Source: an uncultured Clostridia bacterium
GTDB lineage: Bacteria > Bacillota > Clostridia > Lachnospirales > CAG-274
DNA: 36,933 nt
Assembly: GCA_946630405.1 (NCBI GenBank)
Contig: CAMOYW010000001.1
Span: forward strand, 1 to 36,933
Direction of reading: 5' to 3'
Positions 8,195 through 14,783 of this stretch are shown in pieces. The notes below the pieces were generated by a model. It saw only the letters and a program-made list of their open reading frames with translations. It ran no database searches and had not been told where the DNA came from. Each line of letters begins with the position of its first letter. Position 1 is the stretch's first letter. Position numbers and translations under genes: made by a program.

Positions 8195-8732
8195 AAACGA
8201 TAAATACCTCATGCTTCTGTGATCCGTATTCATTCGCTGCATCGTGGCTCTCGAAGTACAAATCTACGATTTTTCCCTTGACCGCACTTCCCGTATCTTC
8301 GCAGCGATAATATTGCCCGTCGATGTAAAGTAAAGTGCCAAGTGGTATTACGGAAGGATCTACGGCACAAGTGGTTTCTCCGTCTTTGTCGTAGTGAACT
8401 TTCGTGCCTGATGCCGTGATACCTTCAGCGTTAGCTCCACAACACTTCGTGCAAGCACAATATCCGGTGCAAGTGAATGTACCTAACGATTCCATAGCAG
8501 GTGTAGGCGTGGGGGAAGGTGTCGGTGTAGGCGACGGTGTAGGTGTTGGTGTCGGGGTTGCCGTAGGCGTGGGCGTAGCGGTAGGCGTAGGTGTTACTAT
8601 CTCCTGCGGTACTATCTCGCTCTCCGTTTCATTTGTGGAACACGCCGACAAAAATAAAAACCCCGATACGGCTATACCCAGGATAGCTACGATATTGAAG
8701 ATGCCCATAAGCTTAAACAATCTGTCAAACAT
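8187..8732 (-). CDS. Secreted lipoprotein with Pro/Thr linker and C-terminal 3D (RlpA/MltA-like double-psi beta-barrel) domain
   Basis: 181 aa. The signal peptide carries a lipobox (FLFLSAC). It is followed by a (TP/SP)n linker and a 3D-domain-like core: FTCTGYCACTKCCG...GITASGTK...CAVDPSVIPLGT...YRCEDTGSAVKGKIVDLYF. Confidence 0.75.
   Translation of the reverse strand: MFDRLFKLMGIFNIVAILGIAVSGFLFLSACSTNETESEIVPQEIVTPTPTATPTPTATPTPTPTPSPTPTPSPTPTPAMESLGTFTCTGYCACTKCCGANAEGITASGTKVHYDKDGETTCAVDPSVIPLGTLLYIDGQYYRCEDTGSAVKGKIVDLYFESHDAANEYGSQKHEVFIVYE
8500..8595. repeat. Low-complexity GGTGTAGGC-type repeat encoding the PT/PS linker
   Basis: The plus strand shows ggtgtaggcgt/ggtgtcggtgt-type iterations. 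These translate on the minus strand to TPTPTATPTPTATPTPTPTPSPTPTPSPTPTP. Confidence 0.85.
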
Positions 8733-9123
8733 AGCCTTTTCTCCCTACAATATAACCGCCCTTGAAATAGCTTGTCCTTTTCAAGTCGAATTCCCATGCG
8801 GTGTTTTCTTCAAGGTAACTGATTAAATTCTCATTACCTACAATCGCTATACGATCTTTGCTTACGAAGGCGTTGTAAGGCTCGATGCGTACCTGCTTTA
8901 AGACACGCTGCAAAAATTCTTCCTTCGGGCTATTCCAAATGTATTTGATGTAGTCCGAACTTCTGTCTTTGATTTCAAGCCCACAATCCTCGCACTTCGC
9001 CAGGAATTCCATACTTTGTGCTTTACCCGTAACAAACATCTGTCTGTTCTCTGAATTGCAACGAGGGCAATTATGAAGGTAGATGTACCCCTTGTACTTT
9101 CGCATCTTTGCTTCTTTTGGCAT
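8725..9123 (-). CDS. Zinc-ribbon protein with Lar-like (restriction alleviation) N-terminal domain
   Basis: 132 aa. The pattern CPRC-x20-CEDCG-x13-WN matches the Lar-family layout CPFCG...CxxCG...WN. AAGGAGAG lies upstream of the ATG at 9123. Confidence 0.45.
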   Translation of the reverse strand: MPKEAKMRKYKGYIYLHNCPRCNSENRQMFVTGKAQSMEFLAKCEDCGLEIKDRSSDYIKYIWNSPKEEFLQRVLKQVRIEPYNAFVSKDRIAIVGNENLISYLEENTAWEFDLKRTSYFKGGYIVGRKGYV

Positions 9124-9370
9124 TGTTATCTCTCCTTATATGAGCTTTCTCTATTGCTTCCCCTCTCTGCTTCGGTGTAAACAACCGCTTTGCAGGTATC
9201 GTAGAATATCTCGCAAGCATATCCTGCTCTCGAAGGGTGAAGCCCTTACCACCTAACGCCCTATGAACATAAGCCAAACTCCGGTTGATAACATCTGCTA
9301 TCTCTTGTGCGTTCGCAAAGTGAACATAAAGCATCGGGTATTCGTTATGTCCTGGTCGATATGATCTCAT
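9071..9370 (-). CDS. Putative small DNA-binding (HTH-like) protein
   Basis: 99 aa. NAQEIADVINRSLAYVHRALGG looks like an HTH, and the C-terminus is basic. GGGGG lies 6 nt upstream of the ATG at 9370. Its 3' end overlaps the next gene by 53 nt. Confidence 0.5.
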   Translation of the reverse strand: MRSYRPGHNEYPMLYVHFANAQEIADVINRSLAYVHRALGGKGFTLREQDMLARYSTIPAKRLFTPKQRGEAIEKAHIRRDNNAKRSKDAKVQGVHLPS

Positions 9371-9569
9371 TTATTGCCCCCGACACATAACCAAAATCTT
9401 CCATGACATAGTGCTGAACAAAATCAATCACGATTACCGTGTTCCATTCGGGTTTTTCTTCAGGATCTTCCGTATCAACGGGATAGAAATACTGAATCTG
9501 ATTGATATTGAAGCTACACGGGTGAGTATATCCACCAAACTCCTCATACTGTGTTAGTGTGATAAACAT
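9345..9569 (-). CDS. Hypothetical protein (74 aa)
   Basis: An ORF in the early operon directly after the cro-like gene. No family recognised. Confidence 0.55.
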   Translation of the reverse strand: MFITLTQYEEFGGYTHPCSFNINQIQYFYPVDTEDPEEKPEWNTVIVIDFVQHYVMEDFGYVSGAINEIISTRT

Positions 9570-9572
9570 ATC

Positions 9573-9812
9573 TTATCCTTTCACTTGTGAAACATAAGGC
9601 ACAAAAAAATACTTATTGATCTCGTAGTCCTTGATGCCTAACGCTCTCCTGATTACCTCAATCTTATCCGAAGATATAGGTGTCTTGTTAGATAAATAAT
9701 TGCAAACCGTGTTGTAAGATATACCTACCTGCTTTGCGAACATCTCATTAGTCTTGTAGACTTCCTTAATCTTCTGCTGAAGCAAACTGTAATCGTGCTT
9801 ATAGCGTACCAA
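9573..9812 (-). CDS. Cro-like XRE-family HTH regulator
   Basis: The HTH is NEMFAKQVGISYNTVCNYLSNKTPISSDKIEVIRRALGI. The track start at 9833 is a GTG upstream of the SD. GGAGG lies at 9826-9822, which favours the TTG at 9812 (9-nt spacing); the TTG at 9818 is also possible. Confidence 0.75.
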   Translation of the reverse strand: MVRYKHDYSLLQQKIKEVYKTNEMFAKQVGISYNTVCNYLSNKTPISSDKIEVIRRALGIKDYEINKYFFVPYVSQVKG

Positions 9813-9830
9813 ACTCAATTTCCTCCTTTT

Positions 9831-9844
9831 CACAATATTTTGTG
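9831..9844. promoter_or_regulatory. Operator-like palindrome CACAATATTTTGTG
   Basis: A perfect CACAA-N4-TTGTG inverted repeat. It lies between the -10 of the early promoter and the SD of the cro-like gene. Confidence 0.6.
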
Positions 9845-9862
9845 TCTTGCGACTATGTACTC

Positions 9863-9891
9863 ATAATAATCTTTGTGTTTCATTAAGTCAA
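9863..9891 (-). promoter_or_regulatory. Early (cro-side) promoter TTGACT-17-TATTAT
   Basis: The minus strand reads TTGACT (9891-9886), a 17-nt spacer, then TATTAT (9868-9863). It points into the cro-like gene. Confidence 0.6.
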
Positions 9892-9903
9892 CCCTGTTTT
9901 ACC

Positions 9904-9917
9904 CACAATTTTTTGTG
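9904..9917. promoter_or_regulatory. Operator-like palindrome CACAATTTTTTGTG
   Basis: A second CACAA-N4-TTGTG copy, 73 bp from the first, on the cI-like side of the divergent region. Confidence 0.6.
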
Positions 9918-9961
9918 TATCATTAAAGTAACAATTCTGTAATATTAAAGGGGGTGATTAA

Positions 9962-10303
9962 ATGATTAAGAAGGTCGACACATTAGCAAATAGGCTATCT
10001 TACGCTATGAAGATGCAAAATGTAGGTGTTTGCGAATTGGAACGATCAAGCGGTGTAGCGAAGGGTTTAATATCAAGGTACATCAACGGTCTAAAATTTC
10101 CAAAAGACAATAACATCAACCGCCTATCCAAAGCCCTTCATGTGAACCCTGAATGGCTAAAAGGCTACGATGTACCGATTGCAGCTACACCCGTCAGCGT
10201 TACCACCGACGAAGAACGGTTGCTCGCCTACTATCGTGCCTTAACCGCTATTCAGAAAGAAGCTTTGCTCGATAAACTTACGGGGGATAACGAAGATGCC
10301 TAA
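9962..10303 (+). CDS. cI-like XRE-family repressor (no S24 peptidase domain)
   Basis: 113 aa. The HTH is MQNVGVCELERSSGVAKGLISRYINGLKFPKDNNINRLSKALHVNPEWL. It is divergent from the cro-like gene, with AAGGGGGTG upstream. Confidence 0.8.
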   Translation: MIKKVDTLANRLSYAMKMQNVGVCELERSSGVAKGLISRYINGLKFPKDNNINRLSKALHVNPEWLKGYDVPIAATPVSVTTDEERLLAYYRALTAIQKEALLDKLTGDNEDA

Positions 10304-11393
10304 AGCTTATTATGACGATGCACGGAAGCGGTGGGTTATTGATGGTCAAAAGGACGGTGTGAGAAAAATCTTCACATCTACGAAGAAGGGATTATCAGGA
10401 AAGCGAGAAGTCATATCCAAGTACGAAGCGTGGCGTGATTATGGCGGTGATAACCCTGCTCCTATCACCGTAGAAAAGGCCGTAGAGCTTTTCCTTGAAG
10501 ATGTATGTACCCGATATGGTAAAGATAGCGAAAGCTATCGTGGAGCGGAAATATACACCCGTGTATACATACTCCCTGCCTTTAGACACAAAGCAATAGC
10601 AAGTGTGAAGCTATCTGATTGGCAATCGCTTATAAACCACGCTAAACCGCACTCTAACCAAACAGAAGTGCTATCGAAGAAAACCCTTAAAAATCTCCGA
10701 TCCGTAATCAATCGACTTCAGAAGTATTGCTATAACAATTACTATACTGAAGCGTGGCGTGGTGAACTCTACATACCCGAAGGACACCCGACAATCGGTA
10801 AGGAAATTCTGCAACCTGCGGATATTCAGCGACTATTTGAACCGTCTAACCTATGGTATCACCCTTGCTTCCTTGTAATGATGCTATGTGGGCTTCGCCC
10901 AGGTGAATGTTTAGGCTTGCAAGTGGACGATATAAAAGACGGCATAATCCATGTCAGACGGGCTATAAACGATTCTAACCAAATAACTCACGGTAAGAAC
11001 CGGAACGCTATTCGTGATATACCTGCTCCGAAGCAGGCATTAGAGATTATCAATAAAACGATTGAGCGTAACAAATCTTGCGGATTGCAAACCAAGTGGA
11101 TATTCTGCGGATATTCGGGTGAACACGGTAATCAATCCACCTTGCGTACACAATGGTACATCTTGAAGCGTGAACGGGATCTCCCAGGTTGCCCGTATGC
11201 ACTCCGTCATACATTCGTATCTATCGTATCTGCTCAATCCCACATATCGGAAGGTAATCTGAAGATGCTATTAGGACACTCGAAGTCTATGGATACTTAC
11301 GGTGTCTACAATCATAGCGTAGACGGTGAATTGCAGAAAACGGCTGCCGTGATTGATACAACCTTCGAGAAAATAAGAAAAGCCGCACCGTGA
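10296..11393 (+). CDS. int: Tyrosine site-specific integrase
   Basis: 365 aa. Catalytic-region signatures are present: GLRPGECLGL (Arg I), YALRHTFVS (HxxR) and LLGHSKSMDTYGVYNH (His and Tyr). Its start overlaps the cI-like stop by 8 nt. Confidence 0.92.
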   Translation: MPKAYYDDARKRWVIDGQKDGVRKIFTSTKKGLSGKREVISKYEAWRDYGGDNPAPITVEKAVELFLEDVCTRYGKDSESYRGAEIYTRVYILPAFRHKAIASVKLSDWQSLINHAKPHSNQTEVLSKKTLKNLRSVINRLQKYCYNNYYTEAWRGELYIPEGHPTIGKEILQPADIQRLFEPSNLWYHPCFLVMMLCGLRPGECLGLQVDDIKDGIIHVRRAINDSNQITHGKNRNAIRDIPAPKQALEIINKTIERNKSCGLQTKWIFCGYSGEHGNQSTLRTQWYILKRERDLPGCPYALRHTFVSIVSAQSHISEGNLKMLLGHSKSMDTYGVYNHSVDGELQKTAAVIDTTFEKIRKAAP

Positions 11394-11541
11394 AGAACTA
11401 TGAAGGTATCGTGAAAAAGGAACGGTGCGGCCTGATTGTGCATGGCGGTACATAAGACAGGTGTAAATGGAAAACGAAAGAAACCAACCGCCACTTATAT
11501 TATAGGTACACCGTTCTCTTTGTGCAACGAAAATCAGCATC

Positions 11542-11560
11542 AGGACGGGATTTAGGACGG
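11542..11560 (+). repeat. Candidate integrase arm-type site (AGGACGGGATTTAGGACGG)
   Basis: Identical at 17 of 19 positions to 11737-11755. The pair brackets the tRNA-like core, and each copy contains GGACGG twice. Confidence 0.45.
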
Positions 11561-11668
11561 AAGTAGTGTATTTCAGGTGAGGACAATGGTATTTCGGGGA
11601 ACGGAAAAAGCCTTATTTTTCGGGGTGTTTACTTTGTGTAACTATCTCCTGATACGGACAAACGAGAT

Positions 11669-11691
11669 TTCGATTCCCACCATTGGCTCCA
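11669..11691 (+). other. attP core candidate: 3' fragment of a tRNA gene
   Basis: TTCGATT CCCAC CATTGGC T CCA parses exactly as T-loop (7), 3' T-stem (5), 3' acceptor strand (7), discriminator and CCA. No matching 5' half (GCCAATG or GTGGG) lies upstream, so it is a fragment rather than a gene. Confidence 0.5.
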
Positions 11692-11696
11692 CGAAA

Positions 11697-11726
11697 AGCC
11701 CCGCCAACATTGAGTTAGCGGGGTTT
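11697..11726 (+). terminator. Hairpin terminator immediately 3' of the tRNA-like fragment
   Basis: AGCCCCGC - 13-nt loop - GCGGGGTT, followed by TATGATTTT. In reverse orientation it is followed by CTTTTCG, so it could also end the lysis operon, whose stop is at 11790. Confidence 0.5.
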
Positions 11727-11736
11727 ATGATTTTCG

Positions 11737-11755
11737 AGGACGGGACTTTGGACGG
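11737..11755 (+). repeat. Candidate integrase arm-type site (AGGACGGGACTTTGGACGG)
   Basis: Partner of 11542-11560, on the other side of the core. Confidence 0.45.
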
Positions 11756-11789
11756 TACTAAAGAAAATTTTAGCGTTGCCCGAAGGTAA

Positions 11790-12614
11790 CTATTTCTTGT
11801 ATTCCCTCGCTGCAAGCTGCGACTTCTTACCCCACAATCCGTCTGTCTTTACACCAAGAACTGATTGACATACTTTGACGGCATTATATGTTTCGTTGCC
11901 GTACTCGCTATCAGCACCAAAGCGAGGTAAGCACCCAGGGCTAATCCACAAAAGAAGATTCTGCAATTTGCGTACTTCTTTGCCCTTATCACCCTTCTTG
12001 AAGTAACCCCTTGAAGGAAGTGTCGGGAATTCACCAGTGTAACCATGCTTTTCGGGTGTAGGCGTAGGCGGTGTAGGTGCTACTTCGTCAGCAAACTTCG
12101 GTGTGATAAAACCCCTGATGTACTGTCCGTTGAACTGTACTGTTCTATTACCAACCTGATAGATGCCGTTTACCTTCTTATTACCTTCAGTAACAACGAA
12201 GGAATTAGCACCGACACTTGTTATGATACCCGTATGATCGTGTCCGGTTATATCTTCAGGGGGATTACCTTTATCCTTCCAATCGTAGATAATCACATCA
12301 CCCGTTCTCGGAATGTAAGAATCGGATTCAACCCAAATGCCCGCCTTTTTAGCCTTCGCCATAAGGGAATGGTCGCCCGTACCACATGAGCAATCACAAG
12401 GTACGCCGATACCGTCTTTGAGTATATTATCCGTTTCATAAGCACACGCACCTACGAAGTCTGCACACCACGGATCGTTTATACTGTTCTTACGCCCTGC
12501 ATCACAACCCTTGTTATAGTCTGCGATTATCTGCTTATGTCCTGAAGAACCCTTCTTTGTGCCAAGCCAACTAACGGCTTTAGCAACGAACTCGCTTCTC
12601 TTACCCATACTCAT
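11790..12614 (-). CDS. Endolysin: CHAP amidase/peptidase + PG_binding_1 domain
   Basis: 274 aa. The CHAP domain shows Cys (DPWCADFVG) and His (GHDHTGIITSV...VTEGN). After a PTPPTPTP linker, the C-terminus is GDKGKEVRKLQNLL...DSEYGNETYNAVKVCQSVLGVKTDGLWG. Confidence 0.85.
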   Translation of the reverse strand: MSMGKRSEFVAKAVSWLGTKKGSSGHKQIIADYNKGCDAGRKNSINDPWCADFVGACAYETDNILKDGIGVPCDCSCGTGDHSLMAKAKKAGIWVESDSYIPRTGDVIIYDWKDKGNPPEDITGHDHTGIITSVGANSFVVTEGNKKVNGIYQVGNRTVQFNGQYIRGFITPKFADEVAPTPPTPTPEKHGYTGEFPTLPSRGYFKKGDKGKEVRKLQNLLLWISPGCLPRFGADSEYGNETYNAVKVCQSVLGVKTDGLWGKKSQLAAREYKK

Positions 12615-12877
12615 TTCTCCTTAATCTGCTTGTAAATCTGATTGATACCCGTAGCGGAAAAACCGCTTACAATGCCGATAGCAACCGCTACCGCCCAATT
12701 TTCAGCAGGTATGAAGTTAGGAATAGATGCGTAGATAACAACACCTAAAATTGCACCGATAACACCGCAAATAACGGGAATGAACTTATCAAGTGTCTTG
12801 TTACCGATAGTCTTACAAATTGCTCCTGCAAGATAGCACATAACTACTATTGCCGGAAATGCTACGAATTCTGTCAT
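12611..12877 (-). CDS. Holin (phi-LC3/Hol44-like)
   Basis: The internal ATG at 12877 is preceded by GGGAGG. The product is 88 aa with TM helices and a GFSATGINQIYKQIKEK tail. The track N-terminus (12952) overlaps the upstream gene. Confidence 0.75.
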   Translation of the reverse strand: MTEFVAFPAIVVMCYLAGAICKTIGNKTLDKFIPVICGVIGAILGVVIYASIPNFIPAENWAVAVAIGIVSGFSATGINQIYKQIKEK

Positions 12878-12878
12878 T

Positions 12879-13175
12879 TTAAGCCTCCCTCTTAATATCG
12901 TTGCGTAGCTCGTCAATCCTAACGAAAGCCGTTTCAACATCACGCTCCACAACCGCTACACGCTCGATTAGCTTGTTATAATTCTCGATACGAGCGGATA
13001 ACTCCTGGATTCGTTCTTCTGAATGTTTAGCGTTCTCCGTGATCTTCGCATCGAGATTTTTAAGCCGTTCGTCAGCAACCTTGTCGTGTGCGTTATTTGA
13101 AACGATAGTAGCAATAATGGACGGCACGGCTACGCTCAATCCCGTTACTATTGCCACTATAATTGTGTTATCCAT
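12879..13175 (-). CDS. Membrane-anchored coiled-coil protein of the lysis cassette (XhlA-like role?)
   Basis: 98 aa. It has an N-terminal TM helix (IIVAIVTGLSVAVPSIIATIV) followed by a heptad-rich helix. It sits directly upstream of the holin. Confidence 0.5.
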   Translation of the reverse strand: MDNTIIVAIVTGLSVAVPSIIATIVSNNAHDKVADERLKNLDAKITENAKHSEERIQELSARIENYNKLIERVAVVERDVETAFVRIDELRNDIKREA

Positions 13176-13193
13176 TTTCTGTACCTCGTAAGC

Positions 13194-13209
13194 GTTCCAT
13201 TAGTGGAAC
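13194..13209. promoter_or_regulatory. Palindrome GTTCCA-N4-TGGAAC
   Basis: gttccattagtggaac lies 19 nt upstream of the ATG at 13175. The same half-sites recur at 25343-25358. Confidence 0.45.
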
Positions 13210-13291
13210 ATAACTTGATTATAGAACACACTAATTCATAACACAAAGAATTAGGTTTTAGTGTTATCGTTTCATATATCGAACATAATTC

Positions 13292-13426
13292 CTATTTTGG
13301 TGAATTGCGTAAAAGGTATTGTAAATCAATTTTCATTCGTTCAAGTAATGATAGAATTCTAATCTTTATCCGTTGCTTTCGTGGCATTTCAGATAATATC
13401 TCGTTCCATAACTCGTTGAATGTCAT
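13292..13426 (-). CDS. 44-aa basic helical protein (below the ORF-track cutoff)
   Basis: Hand translation gives MTFNELWNEILSEMPRKQRIKIRILSLLERMKIDLQYLLRNSPK. Its ATG overlaps the upstream TGA (ATGA), and AAAGGTGAT lies upstream. Confidence 0.4.
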   Translation of the reverse strand: MTFNELWNEILSEMPRKQRIKIRILSLLERMKIDLQYLLRNSPK

Positions 13427-13530
13427 TTACTATCACCTTTCTTTTTTGCATCTAACCACTTGAAAAATATATGAGATGAAATAAAAGCGGTTATAAAAAC
13501 TATAATTGTTGAAATTATTAGCCAAGCCAT
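13423..13530 (-). CDS. 35-aa hydrophobic peptide with charged tail (below the ORF-track cutoff)
   Basis: Hand translation gives MAWLIISTIIVFITAFISSHIFFKWLDAKKKGDSK. AAAGGTGG lies 8 nt upstream of the ATG at 13530. Confidence 0.4.
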   Translation of the reverse strand: MAWLIISTIIVFITAFISSHIFFKWLDAKKKGDSK

Positions 13531-13551
13531 TCTCGTTACCACCTTTCAAAC

Positions 13552-13572
13552 TTATCAACAGAAAATCTGTTT
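13552..13572. promoter_or_regulatory. Operator repeat copy 1 (TTATCAACAGAAAATCTGTTT)
   Basis: A 21-nt exact direct repeat of 13666-13686. It contains the perfect palindrome AACAGA-AAA-TCTGTT (13557-13571). Confidence 0.6.
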
Positions 13573-13624
13573 TTAACTTGCTGTTCTAATCATAAAAACG
13601 TCCAAATTCACTTGTAACCCTTTA

Positions 13625-13653
13625 ATTATAGGTATTTGCTAACTTGCTTACAA
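13625..13653 (-). promoter_or_regulatory. Promoter TTGTAA-17-TATAAT
   Basis: The minus strand reads TTGTAA (13653-13648), a 17-nt spacer, then a consensus TATAAT (13630-13625). It points toward the small ORFs and the lysis genes. Confidence 0.55.
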
Positions 13654-13665
13654 TTTGCAAGTAAT

Positions 13666-13686
13666 TTATCAACAGAAAATCTGTTT
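13666..13686. promoter_or_regulatory. Operator repeat copy 2 (TTATCAACAGAAAATCTGTTT)
   Basis: Identical to 13552-13572. The palindrome lies at 13671-13685, and the two centres are 114 bp apart. Confidence 0.6.
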
Positions 13687-13799
13687 ATAATCCGACTATC
13701 ACGGTTACCCAAAGGTGGATAGTTATGACTTCCGCATTTTCAAAACCTCCGAAATATTTTGAAATAAGCCTTGAAAATTTTGAAACTTATTTCAATTTG

Positions 13800-14768
13800 T
13801 TACTGACTATCAATATAGTCTTTCAAACTACAAGCATACACAACACTCGTATCGCCGTTCGTGTCCGTGAATACATTGTTAGTTCCCACGATTGCACTAA
13901 TCTGTGTCGGTGTGAGTTGGTAGATCTGTGGCTGTGCTAATTCATAGACTAACTGTACGCCCGACATAGCGGTTTTGAATGCGGCGGGACTTGTTATCGA
14001 ATTATATCTGACATAAACGGCTTCATTATACACGCCCAAGCATTTATCGTTTGCCGTTCCGTTTGGTTGTATCACCGCTATGCCAAGTGACGAACAAACC
14101 AAGCCGACTTGATTCCACCCACTAACAACTTTCATACTTGTGAGACGTGAATCGAACCGATTATTGTAATAACCCCAATTCAGCGTTCCCAAATCAACCA
14201 TCACTCTATCCACCGTCAGCAATCCCGTAGTTACATCAAGCAAACCACCGTAAACTGTGCCTGCCTCGGATTGCCAAGATATTGCGGTTACATTGTCTAT
14301 AATATGCGGAATTTCATTATCTGCTACATGGATATTCGCCCCCGTAAACCCTGTTATCTGTCTTACATTATCGGGCGAAGGTGTGCCTGTTCCTTCCTGC
14401 ACCGCATTTATATCAATCGTGCAGTCCTGCAAGGGTAATGCAAGTGAAGTGTCAAAAGTTGCTATTGCACCGCTTGCCGTGTTACCGTAGACGGGGTTTA
14501 ATTTACTTGTGGCTATAACATCGTTTATAGCATCAACAAGGCTTGTTAGTGATTCAGCAACGGTTATCTGCGTCCAATTAGTAGGATCAAACGGGCTTAC
14601 AGATGTGTGAGAAGTGTTACATACATACAATACATGATTGTTTATGACATAACTCTTATCCTTTACATACCTCTGTCCTGCCGCCCACGCTTCAGCGACT
14701 ATATCCTCATTACCTACGATGTGGATTGTGCCACCGCTTCCTATCTTCAAATTCTCAATCTCTGCCAT
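13800..14768 (-). CDS. Tail fibre / receptor-binding protein with CBM5/12-like N-terminal module
   Basis: 322 aa. AEAWAAGQRYVKDKSYVINNHVLYVCNTSHTSVSPFDPTNWTQI resembles a chitin/carbohydrate-binding (ChiA1_BD-like) motif. It is the last gene of the tail module. Confidence 0.65.
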   Translation of the reverse strand: MAEIENLKIGSGGTIHIVGNEDIVAEAWAAGQRYVKDKSYVINNHVLYVCNTSHTSVSPFDPTNWTQITVAESLTSLVDAINDVIATSKLNPVYGNTASGAIATFDTSLALPLQDCTIDINAVQEGTGTPSPDNVRQITGFTGANIHVADNEIPHIIDNVTAISWQSEAGTVYGGLLDVTTGLLTVDRVMVDLGTLNWGYYNNRFDSRLTSMKVVSGWNQVGLVCSSLGIAVIQPNGTANDKCLGVYNEAVYVRYNSITSPAAFKTAMSGVQLVYELAQPQIYQLTPTQISAIVGTNNVFTDTNGDTSVVYACSLKDYIDSQ

Positions 14769-14783
14769 AGTGCATTTCCTCCT

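Noticed and set aside
8404-8826. Plus-strand 140-aa ORF with a (GV)n repeat
   Set aside because: It is the mirror image of the Pro/Thr linker of the minus-strand lipoprotein. The repeat creates an open antisense frame.
11615-11691. A complete tRNA gene at the attP core
   Set aside because: Only the last 23 nt fit a tRNA. The expected 5' T-stem (GTGGG) and 5' acceptor strand (GCCAATG) are absent upstream, so it is a fragment rather than a functional gene.
11271-11789. ORFs 11271-11540(-), 11312-11494(-) and 11577-11789(+) in the int-lysis gap
   Set aside because: They have no SDs and odd composition, and they overlap one another. The region is better explained as attP (tRNA 3' fragment, arm repeats, hairpins).
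13725-13940. Plus-strand 71-aa ORF
   Set aside because: It spans the tail-fibre 3' end and AT-rich spacer, has no SD, and lies antisense to a well-supported gene.
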